This document shows positions 22,530 through 33,553 of a stretch of 64,000 nt of DNA, one piece after another; positions within the stretch are counted from its first letter, which is position 1, and the number at the start of each line of letters is the position of its first letter. The notes beneath the pieces were generated by a model. It worked only from the letters and a program-made list of their open reading frames with translations, was not told where the DNA came from and ran no database searches. The DNA lies in NCBI GenBank assembly GCA_963743525.1, contig CAVUQH010000004.1, positions 480,001 through 544,000 of the forward strand. The letters run 5' to 3'. Source of the stretch: an uncultured delta proteobacterium (lineage in GTDB: Bacteria; Myxococcota_A; Polyangia; Haliangiales; Haliangiaceae). A program made the position numbers and the translations under genes.

Positions 22530-23345
22530 TTAGAGGAGCCCGGCCAGGAGATCCCCGAGATCGAGGTCCGCGACTGGCTGGCCATCGACGCGCAGCTCGG
22601 CGCTGGTGCCATCCAGCACCAGCTCGAGGGTGCTGCCGCCCGCGGTCAGGGTGATGGTGCCGCTGGCGGTCAGCGCGAGGAGATCGAGGTCGACTCCGTT
22701 GATGTCGATCGAGCCGACCTGGTTGCCGTTGTCATCGGAGACGGTGCAGCTGCCCGACAGCGACACGACGCCGTCGAGCGCGCCCAGGTTCAGCCCCTGG
22801 CAGTCGATGGCCAGGCCGAGCAGGTCGATCGAGGTGTCCTGGGCAAAGCCGCCGTCGGAGGGGAAGTCGGCGGTGATCGTTCCCACCGTCTGACCATCCG
22901 CGCTGACGATGCCGGCGGTGGTGCCGCTGAACGCGACGCTGGCGACCGCGCCACTCGAGCTCACGGTGACAGCGCCGGTAACGGTAAACGGCGCCCGGGT
23001 CAGCACCAGGGTCTGGAACTGCACCGAGGCGGCGCCGGACGGCACGGTGCCGTCGATGCGCACCTGATCGCGGGTGCGATCCACGGTGACGCCGGTCGGC
23101 GTCGCCGACAGCGCGGCCTGGACGGCACCGTTGAACGCGCTCTGCACCTGGGCGGGCGTCAGCCCGGTCGGCGTCGGATCGGGATTGGGGTTGGGGTTGG
23201 GATTGGGATCCGGATCCGGGGTGCCGGTGGGATCGCCGGGCGTGGGGCTGCCGGTGGGATCGGTTTCGAGCATTCCGGTGCAACCGGTCGTGAGCGCGAG
23301 GATGATGGTGGCGGCGATGGTGAGATGGCGGGCGGCGGTAGACAT
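22530..23345 (-). CDS. Lipoprotein with PD/PN repeat linker
   Basis: Lipobox TTGC; PDPDPNPNPNPNPDP; beta-rich body; GGAG RBS. Confidence 0.75.
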   Translation of the reverse strand: MSTAARHLTIAATIILALTTGCTGMLETDPTGSPTPGDPTGTPDPDPNPNPNPNPDPTPTGLTPAQVQSAFNGAVQAALSATPTGVTVDRTRDQVRIDGTVPSGAASVQFQTLVLTRAPFTVTGAVTVSSSGAVASVAFSGTTAGIVSADGQTVGTITADFPSDGGFAQDTSIDLLGLAIDCQGLNLGALDGVVSLSGSCTVSDDNGNQVGSIDINGVDLDLLALTASGTITLTAGGSTLELVLDGTSAELRVDGQPVADLDLGDLLAGLL

Positions 23346-23377
23346 GTGAGGACTCCCTTCGGGTTGCGCCTCGAAAC

Positions 23378-23393
23378 AGCAACGGCCGTGCCA
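23378..23393 (-). promoter_or_regulatory. Sigma54 (-24/-12) promoter
   Basis: Minus strand reads TGGCACGGCCGTTGCT, consensus TGGCACG-N4-TTGCW, 32 nt before ATG 23345. Confidence 0.75.
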
Positions 23394-23612
23394 CCCGGGG
23401 CCATCGAGCGGAAGTTCGCCGGCGCGCGCGACCCATGCCGAACCGCGGTTGCGGCCACCCGCGCAAGCCCTCGTCAGCGCGATCGCGGGATGAACCGGCG
23501 GCACGAAACTCCGGTTTTGCCGCCCGCTCCGCCGCTCGGGGGGTCGAGGCCCCGCTCCGCCCCCGGACCCCCGCCGGCGGTGATACCCTCACAGCGCGAA
23601 CCAACGTTGCTG

Positions 23613-24821
23613 ATGTCCGAGCCGACCGCCAACCTCACATACGATCCCGAGCGCCCCCTGGGGCTGGTGCTCAGTGGCGGCGGCGCCCGCGGCGCCTTCC
23701 AGGTGGGCGTCTGGGACATCCTTCGCCGCCACCCGCGCGGGCTGGAGCGCGTGCCCACGGTCATCAGCGGCACCTCGGCCGGCTCGATCAACGGCGCCCT
23801 CATCGCCGCCGGCCTCGAGCCGGAGCAGATGATCGAGTTCTGGATCGACCTGGCCCGGCGCCCGCCCGTGGTCGCCAACGACCGCTTCTTCGCCTCGCTC
23901 GAGCGCAACATCGTGCGCCTGCTGGTGCGCGAGCCCCTGCGCGGGTTGCGCCGCCGTCGCCGCGGCGCGCGCCTGCTCACCTCGCTGCTGCGCAAGCATC
24001 GCCTCCACCGGGCCAGCGGCCTGCTGGCGCTGTTCCTCGAGTACGTGCTGACCGCCCGCTACGACACCGTCAGCGCGCTGCTGCAGCGGATCGACACCGC
24101 GTATCTGTTCAACACCGCGCCGTTTCGCCAGCGGCTGATCGACGCCATCGGCGGCGAGGCGATCACCACCCCGCGCGTGCGCCTGGCGATCAACACGGTT
24201 GACGTCTACACGGGCGCAGTGGTCCGCTTCGTCAACTACCCGCCGCACAAGCACGCCGAGGCCGACGCCGCCCACTACCGCTACGCACCACACATCACCG
24301 TCAACATGATCCTGGCCAGCGCGTCGATCCCGCTGCTGTTCGACCCGGTCGAGATCGATGACACCGTGCTGTGGGACGGCGGGCTGCTGGTCAACACCCC
24401 GATCGCGCCGGCCGTCGCCCTGGGCGCCCGCCGGATCATTCCGGTGCTGGTGACCAGCGGCCGGTCCGAGCGCAAACCCGGAGAGCCGATGCACTTCGGC
24501 ACCGGCATCGAGCGGCTGGCCGACGCCTTCCTCGAGAACGCCTACAACGCCGACCGCAAGCTGCTGCTCGAGCGCAACCGACTGGCCGCCCACAGCCCCG
24601 AGCTGGGCCTGGCGGTGGTCGAGCTGCTCGAGGCGATCCGCCCCGAGTCGAGCGAAACCTTCGACGCCGGCTCCTACCTATACTTCTCCCCGGGCGCTCT
24701 GCGCGAGATGTTCGAGGCCGGGCGCAACGCCGCCAGGCACTGGCTCGCCGCCGGCCCGCGACTCGATACGCACCCCGGCCACCAGCCGGCCATGCCCGAC
24801 GCCGGGCGCCGGGTCTCCTGA
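23613..24821 (+). CDS. Patatin-like phospholipase
   Basis: LSGGGARG, GTSAG, ASASIP, DGG. Confidence 0.9.
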   Translation: MSEPTANLTYDPERPLGLVLSGGGARGAFQVGVWDILRRHPRGLERVPTVISGTSAGSINGALIAAGLEPEQMIEFWIDLARRPPVVANDRFFASLERNIVRLLVREPLRGLRRRRRGARLLTSLLRKHRLHRASGLLALFLEYVLTARYDTVSALLQRIDTAYLFNTAPFRQRLIDAIGGEAITTPRVRLAINTVDVYTGAVVRFVNYPPHKHAEADAAHYRYAPHITVNMILASASIPLLFDPVEIDDTVLWDGGLLVNTPIAPAVALGARRIIPVLVTSGRSERKPGEPMHFGTGIERLADAFLENAYNADRKLLLERNRLAAHSPELGLAVVELLEAIRPESSETFDAGSYLYFSPGALREMFEAGRNAARHWLAAGPRLDTHPGHQPAMPDAGRRVS

Positions 24822-24949
24822 GCGGTTTCGGCCCCTGGAACCGGCAGCGATGCCAGGATTGGTGAGGCGGGCCGGGGCCGCCGCGTGCTACCGTGCGGGC
24901 GCTTTCGAGGGAGGTCTCTGGTATGTCGTCTAGCCTTATTCGGATCGAC

Positions 24950-26848
24950 ATGCGCGGCGTCATTCGTGCGCTCGCGCTCGTGCTCTTCTCCGCCGCAGCA
25001 GCCTGCGGCCCGTCCAGCGGCGCCACGCCAGACGGCGGTGGAGGTGGTGGTGGCGACGGTGGCGGCAGCTGCGTCGAAGGCACCAACCAATGCACGGCGC
25101 AGAACTTCCAGACCTGCCAGAACGGCCAGTGGGTGACCAGCGAGAGCTGCACTCCACCCAGCTTCTGCAACGCGACCAGCGGCTGCATCGAATGCTTCCC
25201 CAACACCAACTACTGCGACGGCAACGACGTCTACATGTGCAACGCCGATGGCACCAAGGGCGGCCTGGTCGAGCAGTGCACCGACGGCAAGCAGTGTGGT
25301 GACGGCGTCTGCCGCGACCTGTGTGCCGACGCTGCGGCCAACAACAGCTACATCGGCTGCGAATACTGGGCGGTCGACCTCGACAACGCGGTCGAAGTGC
25401 TGGCGCCCTACGACGCGATCACCTGTCCGCTGCTGTACGGCGGCACCCAGGTGAAGAACGTCAAGGTGTGCGCCAACGGCGCCGGTACCCTCCAGGGTCT
25501 GTGCGATCCGCGCGACACCTGCACCAGCGGCGGCTACACCTGCCAGACCATGGATATCTGCGGCCTCGACGCCCAGCACTCGCCGTTCGCCGTGGTCGTG
25601 TCCAACCCGCAGACCTTCGATGTCTCCGTCACCATCAGCAACGGCGCCGGCACCACCAGCACCGTCAGCGTGCCCGCCGGCCAGGTGTCGAAGATCTTCC
25701 CGCAGATGTCCGGCTTCGCCGACCAGTTGACCGACGAGACCGAGCAAGCGTCCAAGGCGTACAAGATCGCGTCGACGGCGCCGATCGTCGCCTATCAGTT
25801 CAACCCGCTCGACAACGCCAACGTGTTCTCCAACGACGGCTCGCTGCTGATCCCGCGGACCACGTTCGACAAGAAGTACTACGGACTGACCTGGCCGACG
25901 CTCAACCGGCGCAACGTCGCGGCGGGTGGCACGCCCAAGAACGACTACAACGGCTACGTGGTCGTGGTCGCCTGGCAGGACGACACGCAGATCCGCGTCA
26001 CGCCCAAGGGGAACATCCGCCAGGGCGAGACGATGGACGCCATTCCCGCCGGCACCCCGACCGACTTCACCCTCAACGCCTTCGACGTCCTCGAGCTCGA
26101 AGCCGACAACACCACTGCCGCGCCGGAGCAGGATCTCACCGGCACGCTGATCGAAGGGCTCAACGACAAGAGCTTCGGCGTCTTCGGCGGCCACGAGGCG
26201 ATCGTCATCCAGAACACTGCCACCAGCTGCTGCGCCGACCACATCGAGGAGATGATGTTCCCGGCGTCAACCTGGGGCAAAGACTACGCCGTCGCCCGCA
26301 GCCAGAGCCGCGGCAAGGGCGAGCCCGACGTCCTGCGCGTCCTGGCTCAGGAGGACGGCACCACCATCAGCTTCAACCCCGCGCCGTCGGCCGGCAGCTG
26401 TCCGACGCTCAACGCCGGCGACTTCTGCGAGGTGCGAATCCAGGGCGACACCGAGGTCAGCGGCGACAAGCCGATCCTCGTCGGCCACTACCTGATGTCG
26501 GTCATCGTGGCGGCCGGCGATCTGGGCGACCCGGCGCTGGCGCTGGCGGTGCCCACCGAGCAGTTCCGCGAGAGCTACACCTTCCTGGTGCCCAGCGAGT
26601 ACGCACAGCAATACGTCTCGGTGGTCGCCGGCGCGGGCACCAGCGTCCAGCTCGACAGCGGCGACGTCACCAGCCAGCTGGCCACCTTCGGCAGCGGCGC
26701 GTTCAAGGCGGCTCGGATCTCGGTTCAGCCCGGCCAGCACAAGGTCACCTGCCCGGGCGGCTGCGGCATCGAGGTCTACGGCTACGACGACGCGGTTTCG
26801 TACCTGTTTGCCGGCGGCCTCGACCTGAAGACCATCGTCGTCAACTGA
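24950..26848 (+). CDS. Cys-rich lipoprotein with IgGFc-binding-protein N-terminal-like domain
   Basis: Lipobox AAAC; SYIGCEYWAVDLDN, AYQFNPL, SNDGSLLIP, DHIEE, VYGYD..SY..AGG; start could be 24923. Confidence 0.82.
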   Translation: MRGVIRALALVLFSAAAACGPSSGATPDGGGGGGGDGGGSCVEGTNQCTAQNFQTCQNGQWVTSESCTPPSFCNATSGCIECFPNTNYCDGNDVYMCNADGTKGGLVEQCTDGKQCGDGVCRDLCADAAANNSYIGCEYWAVDLDNAVEVLAPYDAITCPLLYGGTQVKNVKVCANGAGTLQGLCDPRDTCTSGGYTCQTMDICGLDAQHSPFAVVVSNPQTFDVSVTISNGAGTTSTVSVPAGQVSKIFPQMSGFADQLTDETEQASKAYKIASTAPIVAYQFNPLDNANVFSNDGSLLIPRTTFDKKYYGLTWPTLNRRNVAAGGTPKNDYNGYVVVVAWQDDTQIRVTPKGNIRQGETMDAIPAGTPTDFTLNAFDVLELEADNTTAAPEQDLTGTLIEGLNDKSFGVFGGHEAIVIQNTATSCCADHIEEMMFPASTWGKDYAVARSQSRGKGEPDVLRVLAQEDGTTISFNPAPSAGSCPTLNAGDFCEVRIQGDTEVSGDKPILVGHYLMSVIVAAGDLGDPALALAVPTEQFRESYTFLVPSEYAQQYVSVVAGAGTSVQLDSGDVTSQLATFGSGAFKAARISVQPGQHKVTCPGGCGIEVYGYDDAVSYLFAGGLDLKTIVVN

Positions 26849-26880
26849 CCGGGGGTAACAGAAGTGAGCGGAACCCCCAA

Positions 26881-26909
26881 TTGACCACCCGGCGGGCGGG
26901 CGCTACGGT
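26881..26909 (+). promoter_or_regulatory. Sigma70-type promoter of menB
   Basis: TTGACC-N17-TACGGT, 9 nt before GTG 26919. Confidence 0.55.
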
Positions 26910-26918
26910 CCGCTCGCC

Positions 26919-27815
<897 letters not shown>

Positions 27816-27883
27816 GTCGCCCCCCGGCGCAAAGATTGCGTTCGGCCCGGGGGCCAGCGAAAAAGTCGCGCCTATTCCGTCAC

Positions 27884-28552
27884 TCAGCGCCCGCGCGCTG
27901 CCGCCTCCAACAACTCTTCGTCGACGATCTCCAAGCTGGTCCGGGTCGCGTCGATGGCGCCTCGGCTGCGCAGGTCGGCGATGGCTCGCGACAGCGTCTC
28001 CGGGCGCATCCCCAGCACGTCGGCGATGACCTGCCGCGGCAGCGTCAGCGCCATCCCCCGCGGCCCCTCGTCGCGCAGCCACTCGGCCACGCGCTGCACC
28101 GCGGTGCCGTCGCGCTGAGCGCTGCGCCGCCGATCCGCGTGACTGGCGCGGAGAGTCAGCTCCAGCGCCGTGCGCGCCGGGCTACCGGTCGGCCCGACCC
28201 ATTGATCCATCCCCTGGCGCGTGGCGCCGCACAGGGTCACGTCGGTCACCGCCCGCGCCGAGTCGTGGTAGCTGTCGCTGATCAGCACCTCCAGCCCGAC
28301 GAAGCTGCCGACGAAGCGAACCGCGCGCACCCCACCCTCGCCCTCGTCCTCCCCACGCTCGCGCGACAGCACCACCGTCCCGCGCTTGATGAACCAGGCG
28401 TGCTGGGCCGGCTCCCCCTCGACGTAGATCAGCTCGCCGGCTTTGCGCTCGCGGTCGATAAACGGGCAAAAACCGCCGGTTCCGACGCCAGAAGCGCGCC
28501 CTACGGGGCACTCGAGACAACTCAGCGATGGGCCGCGCTTGGGTCCGCTCAC
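27884..28552 (-). CDS. Crp/Fnr-family regulator with FNR-like cysteines
   Basis: N-terminal CLEC...FC, internal LCG, cNMP-fold motif IYVEGE, HTH LGMRPETLSR. Confidence 0.85.
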   Translation of the reverse strand: MSGPKRGPSLSCLECPVGRASGVGTGGFCPFIDRERKAGELIYVEGEPAQHAWFIKRGTVVLSRERGEDEGEGGVRAVRFVGSFVGLEVLISDSYHDSARAVTDVTLCGATRQGMDQWVGPTGSPARTALELTLRASHADRRRSAQRDGTAVQRVAEWLRDEGPRGMALTLPRQVIADVLGMRPETLSRAIADLRSRGAIDATRTSLEIVDEELLEAAARGR

Positions 28553-28593
28553 AGCGAGTTCCCATGCGAATCCCGTGCCGCTATGCTTCGCCC

Positions 28594-29079
28594 GTGCACA
28601 CCGTCGAGATCTCCCACGCCGAGAAGGACGCCCGCTACCGCGAGCTCGCCCCCCAGCTCGCCGCGCTGGTCGAGGGCGAGCCGGATCTCATCGCCAACCT
28701 TGCCAACATCACCGCAGCCCTGGCCGAGGCGATCACCGCCGCGTCGTGGGTCGGCGTCTACATCTCCCGCGGCGGCGAGCTGGTGCTCGGCCCGTTCCAG
28801 GGCAAGGTCGCGTGTACGCGGGTCGCGTTCGGTCGCGGCGTGTGCGGCACGGCGGCCTCCAGCCACACCATCCAGGTGGTGCCGGATGTCACCGCGTTCC
28901 CCGGACACATCGCCTGCGATGCCGGAACGCGCAGCGAGATCGTCGTGCCGATCCTTCGCGGCAACCGCGTGCTCGGCGTGCTCGACGTCAACAGCTACCA
29001 GCCGTCGGCCTTCGACGGCATCGATGCCCGCCACCTGGAAGAAGTGGCGCGGATGATCGCCGATCTCAACTGGCGCTAG
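28594..29079 (+). CDS. msrC: GAF-domain free methionine-R-sulfoxide reductase
   Basis: ANLAN, WVGVY, LGPFQGKVAC, GVCG, HIACD..SEIVVP. Confidence 0.88.
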   Translation: MHTVEISHAEKDARYRELAPQLAALVEGEPDLIANLANITAALAEAITAASWVGVYISRGGELVLGPFQGKVACTRVAFGRGVCGTAASSHTIQVVPDVTAFPGHIACDAGTRSEIVVPILRGNRVLGVLDVNSYQPSAFDGIDARHLEEVARMIADLNWR

Positions 29080-29095
29080 TTGACCCGCGTCAACT
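29078..29095. promoter_or_regulatory. FNR/Crp-type palindrome upstream of tryptophanase
   Basis: AGTTGAC-CCGC-GTCAACT, perfect 7-bp arms. Confidence 0.7.
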
Positions 29096-29126
29096 CGCGC
29101 GCTGGCCGTTCGGTCACGATGCATGC

Positions 29127-30572
29127 ATGACGCGATCGTTCGCCGATGGTCTTCCCGCCGCACCCACCAACGCTTTCGAGCCGTACAAGGTCAAGGCCGT
29201 CGAGCCGATCCGGCTGACCACGCCGGAGGAGCGCCGCGACGCCCTGGAGCGGGCCGGCTACAACCTGTTCCGCATCCCGGCTGACCTGGTGGCCATCGAT
29301 CTGCTCACCGACAGCGGCGTCACCGCCATGAGCGCCCGGCAGTGGGGCGCGCTGCTCGACGGCGACGAGGCCTACGCCGGCTCGCGCAGCTTTGCCCGAT
29401 TCGAATCGGTGGTGCGCAACATCACCGGAATGCCCCACGTGATACCGACCCACCAGGGACGCGCCGCCGAGCGCCTGCTGTTCCAGGTGATGCTGTCCCC
29501 GGGCGACACCGTCCCCGGCAACACCCACTTCGACACCACCCACGCCAACATCGAGGCGCGGGGCACGACCGCGATCGACCTGCCGTCGCCGGCGACTCAC
29601 GATCACGCGGCCGAACACCCATTCAAGGGCGACATCGATCTCGACGCGCTGGAGGACATGCTCAGCCGCGACACCCGCGTGCCGCTGGTGATCATCACGG
29701 TCACCAACAACAGCGCCGGCGGCCAACCGGTGTCGATGGCCAACCTGCAAGCGGCCAGCGCACTGTGCCGCGCCCACGGCGTGCCGCTGTTCCTCGACGG
29801 TGCCCGCTTCGCCGAGAACTCGTGGCTGATCCGCGAGCGCGAAGAGGCCTGGCACGACCGTCCACCGCTGGAGATCGCCCGGGCAATGTTCGACCTGGCC
29901 GACGGCTGTCTGGTCAGCGCCAAGAAGGACGGCCTGGTCAACATCGGCGGCTTCCTCGCCGTGCGCGACGACGCCGTGGCCGAGGACGTGCGCCGGCTGA
30001 TGGTGCTGGGCGAGGGCTTCCCGACCTACGGCGGCCTGGCCGGGCGCGACCTGGAAGCGATGGCCAGCGGCCTGGAAGAGGTGCTCGACCCCGCCTACCT
30101 GGCCGACCGCATCGGCCAGGTGCGGACGCTGGGCGACACCCTGACCGCGGCCGGTGTGCCGATCGTGCGCCCGCCGGGCGGCCACGCCGTCTACATCGAT
30201 GGTCGCGCCTTCCTGCCTCATCTCGATCCGCTCGACTACCCGGCGCAGGCGCTGTCGTGCGCGCTCTACTTGCACGCGGGGGTGCGCTCGGTCGAGGTCG
30301 GCCAACTGATGAACGGGCGTCCCGGAGCCGGCGGCGTCGAGGTGCCGGTCGAGCACGACCTCCTGCGCCTGGCGATCCCGCGCCGGGTCTACACCTCGAG
30401 GCAGCTGGGCTTCGTCGCCGACGCCCTGGCCGACCTGCACCGGGCGCGGGCTGCCATCGGAGCGCTCGAGATCATCGACCAGCCGGCGGCGCTGCGCCAC
30501 TTCGGCGCCACGCTGCGCCCGCGGCTGGCCCCCGCGGCGAACGCGACCACGACAGCGACGGCTTCCAGCTGA
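29127..30572 (+). CDS. tnaA: Tryptophanase (PLP beta-eliminating lyase)
   Basis: IDLLTDSG, GDEAYAGS, THQGRAAE, SAKKDG (TnaA-type rather than the SGKKD of tyrosine phenol-lyase), RLAIPRRVY. Confidence 0.87.
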   Translation: MTRSFADGLPAAPTNAFEPYKVKAVEPIRLTTPEERRDALERAGYNLFRIPADLVAIDLLTDSGVTAMSARQWGALLDGDEAYAGSRSFARFESVVRNITGMPHVIPTHQGRAAERLLFQVMLSPGDTVPGNTHFDTTHANIEARGTTAIDLPSPATHDHAAEHPFKGDIDLDALEDMLSRDTRVPLVIITVTNNSAGGQPVSMANLQAASALCRAHGVPLFLDGARFAENSWLIREREEAWHDRPPLEIARAMFDLADGCLVSAKKDGLVNIGGFLAVRDDAVAEDVRRLMVLGEGFPTYGGLAGRDLEAMASGLEEVLDPAYLADRIGQVRTLGDTLTAAGVPIVRPPGGHAVYIDGRAFLPHLDPLDYPAQALSCALYLHAGVRSVEVGQLMNGRPGAGGVEVPVEHDLLRLAIPRRVYTSRQLGFVADALADLHRARAAIGALEIIDQPAALRHFGATLRPRLAPAANATTTATASS

Positions 30573-30606
30573 GCGTGCGGAACGCCGTCGGTCGACGGCT
30601 GACCGC

Positions 30607-33372
30607 TCACTGCGCCGGCGGCGTGTCGACGGTGATCGTCCCCAGGTCAACGTCGCCGGTGACCTCGACCGGCTTCATTGCCAGCGGCTGCGGCGAGTCC
30701 TGCCCGATCACCAGCAGCCGGTACTTGCCCGGATCGACGCCGATGTCGAAGCGGCCGTCGGGCCCCGTGGTCGGCGGCGCGTCGTCACTCATGATGTTGA
30801 CCTCGACCCGGCCGTCGCCATGGTCGGCGCTGGCGATGACCATCGCACCGACCACCGGGGCGCCGCCGGCGTCGGCGACCTTGCCGCGCACGTGAGCCTG
30901 CTCGTGCAGCTCGACCTGAACCTTGGCCGGCTTGCCCGCCTCGACGTCCACGCCGACCTCGGCGGTAGCGTCGCCGCCGGTGACCCGCAGCTGGTAGTGC
31001 CCCGGATCGACGAAGCGGACCTGGAACTTGCCGCTCGCGTCGCGCACCGTCTTCGACCGCCGGCTGGGACCGGTCAGCTCGACGCGGAACTGCTCGACCG
31101 GCGTACCCGCGCGGGTGACCGTCCCTTCGATGCGCGCCAGGCTGACCAGGCGCAGGCTGACGTCGCTGCCGGTTTCCACGGCGTGCAGGAAGCCGCGGGC
31201 TGCGCCGCGCAGGCCCTCGCCGACCAGCTCGTACTTGCCCCGGCGCAGATCGCGGATCTCGAACCGGCCGTCGGCATCGGTCAGCACCGAGCGCGCCGAC
31301 ACGCCCATGCCCATGCCGCCGCCATCGCCATCGCCATCGTCGGTGACGACCATCATCGACCGCGAGGTGACCTGCTCGGGCTCGCCGTCGCCGCCGCCGG
31401 CGGCCGGGCGCGCGCCGGGCGGCGGCACATCGGGCGGCGGTCCGCCCATCGACATGGCGGTCATCGCCGGCGTCGCGCTGATCCACGCATCCGGCAGCGG
31501 CTTGCCGTCGGGGTCGAGCGCGACCCCGCGGATCACACCGTCGCGCCCCTGCACCTTCAGCGTCATCTCCTTGCGCTGCCCCTCGGTCAGCTTCACCGAG
31601 TGCGGCTCGGTGCTGCCGTCGGACCACGGCAGCGCGTTGAGCGCGTCGTCCTTGACGCTCAGCTCGTAGTCGCCGGCCTCGAGTCCGAGGATCTCGAACG
31701 AGCCGTCCTCGTGGGTCGGCGACTGCTTGGCGCCGACGTCGGTGCCGTTGACGATCATGGTCACGCGGTTGCCGTCCTTGGGCTTGGTGCGCAGCGACAC
31801 CGTCGCGTCGGCCACCGGCTTGCCGTGCTGGTCGACCACGCGGCCGACCAGGCTGGCGCCGTCCTGCAGCGAGATGACGACGTTGTCGACGTCCGCGTTC
31901 TTCACGTCGACCTTCGCGCTGCCGGTGCGACCGTCGGCGGCGGTGGCTTCGACCACGTGCTGCCCGGCGGCGAGCGGCCCCAGTCGGAAGCTGCCACCGT
32001 CGCCGGTGCGCGCGGTGCCCAGGGAGAAGACGCCGCGGCTGAGGCCGTGTTCGGTATCGAGCCGAAGCCCGACGTCGGCGACGGTCGCCGGCTCCACGCG
32101 GCCGCTGACGAAGTAGCCGCGGCGCAGTTTGATCACGGCGTCGGTGATGTCGGTGCCGCCGACCGTCACCCGCGTCGGCAACCCGGCCGGCAGATAGGTG
32201 TCGCTGTCCGTCTCCAGGCTGTAGCCGCCGGGAGCCAGGCCTTCGACGACGAAGGTGCCGTCGGCGCCGGTCGCGGCGGTCGCCGGTACCGAGCTGTCGG
32301 CGCTGCGGGCAACCACCTTCACGCCCGACACCGGCTGGTTGGTGGCGACGTCGACCACGTGCCCGCGCACGGTGCGCGCGCTGTCGACCACCAGCTCGAC
32401 GCCGGACACCTGCTCGCCGATGGCCAGGCGCACCACGGTGTCGCCCGAGGTCGCGCCGCCGCCACCGCGGGCGGTCAGACGCAGGGCGCCGGAGTCGAGC
32501 CCGCCGATGCGGAAGCGGCCGTCGGCGTCGGCCACTGTCGCGCCGCGCCGGCCGGCGCCGCTGATCGCCCCGACGCCGGGGATGGTGGTGACGGTCTCGC
32601 GCACGTAGGCGACGGTGGCGAACGGCACCGGGGTGCCGTCGGCGGCGCGGACCACCTGCCCTTCGACGACACCGCCCGGGGCCAGAGAGAAGTCGACCTG
32701 GCGGGCGCCGCCGCGAAGCTCGACCCGGCGGCGCTGCGAGACGTAGTCGGGATGGGTCACGGCGGCCCGGTAGAGGCCGTCGGGCACGCCCAGCGAGAAG
32801 GTGCCGTCGTCGCCGGTCAGCGCGGCAAAGCCGTCGGCGGCGCGAACACCGAGCACACCGTGGATCGGCACGAAGCGAACGACGGCGCCGGCAACCGGCC
32901 CACCGCTGACGTCGGAGACGGTTCCGGTGACGGCGTTGGCGCCCGGCGCCAGCGTCAGCGTGACCTTGCTGCTGCCACCGGGATCGAGGTGGACGTGGGT
33001 GCCGACCGACGGCGCGTGCTCGGGCGCGCTCGCCGACACGACGTAGTCGCCGGCATCGATATCGGCCAGGGTGAAGCTGCCGTCGGCGCCCGCGCGCACG
33101 GCGTAGCCATCCTCGTTCTCTCCGGTGGTGGCATGGACCACGGCGCCCGCGATCGGCTGCTTGGAGCTGCCGTCGACGACCACGCCGGTCAGCGTCGCCG
33201 GCGCCGGCGGGCCGCCGCGAGTCTGTGCCGGCGCGGCCGCGCCCGCACTGGACGAGTCTCCCGTCTTCGCCTGTTCGCCGGAGTGACCTCCGTGCGAGCG
33301 CGACATCCACCAGTAGCCGAACAGGCCGGCGACGACCAACGCCAGCAACCCACCCACGATGCGCTTGTTCAA
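30607..33372 (-). CDS. Membrane-anchored protein with tandem carboxypeptidase-regulatory-like domains
   Basis: N-terminal TM; repeated GxVVD..G.PV.GA.V..T..DG.F.I.GL..G.Y. Confidence 0.85.
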   Translation of the reverse strand: MNKRIVGGLLALVVAGLFGYWWMSRSHGGHSGEQAKTGDSSSAGAAAPAQTRGGPPAPATLTGVVVDGSSKQPIAGAVVHATTGENEDGYAVRAGADGSFTLADIDAGDYVVSASAPEHAPSVGTHVHLDPGGSSKVTLTLAPGANAVTGTVSDVSGGPVAGAVVRFVPIHGVLGVRAADGFAALTGDDGTFSLGVPDGLYRAAVTHPDYVSQRRRVELRGGARQVDFSLAPGGVVEGQVVRAADGTPVPFATVAYVRETVTTIPGVGAISGAGRRGATVADADGRFRIGGLDSGALRLTARGGGGATSGDTVVRLAIGEQVSGVELVVDSARTVRGHVVDVATNQPVSGVKVVARSADSSVPATAATGADGTFVVEGLAPGGYSLETDSDTYLPAGLPTRVTVGGTDITDAVIKLRRGYFVSGRVEPATVADVGLRLDTEHGLSRGVFSLGTARTGDGGSFRLGPLAAGQHVVEATAADGRTGSAKVDVKNADVDNVVISLQDGASLVGRVVDQHGKPVADATVSLRTKPKDGNRVTMIVNGTDVGAKQSPTHEDGSFEILGLEAGDYELSVKDDALNALPWSDGSTEPHSVKLTEGQRKEMTLKVQGRDGVIRGVALDPDGKPLPDAWISATPAMTAMSMGGPPPDVPPPGARPAAGGGDGEPEQVTSRSMMVVTDDGDGDGGGMGMGVSARSVLTDADGRFEIRDLRRGKYELVGEGLRGAARGFLHAVETGSDVSLRLVSLARIEGTVTRAGTPVEQFRVELTGPSRRSKTVRDASGKFQVRFVDPGHYQLRVTGGDATAEVGVDVEAGKPAKVQVELHEQAHVRGKVADAGGAPVVGAMVIASADHGDGRVEVNIMSDDAPPTTGPDGRFDIGVDPGKYRLLVIGQDSPQPLAMKPVEVTGDVDLGTITVDTPPAQ

Positions 33373-33553
33373 TTGATGCTCCTCACCCAGGAATCGGGAC
33401 CAATACCAGACTCCGAGCGGTGCCTATTCCCGGGCTGCAGCCACGCGGCGAACGGCGCGCCAGCGCGTTTTCCGCGCCTTCGAAATAGCTTTCGTACGGT
33501 AGTCGAAACTCACCAGGTTGTAAATAGACCCGCAACGACCGCAGCATGGCGCC

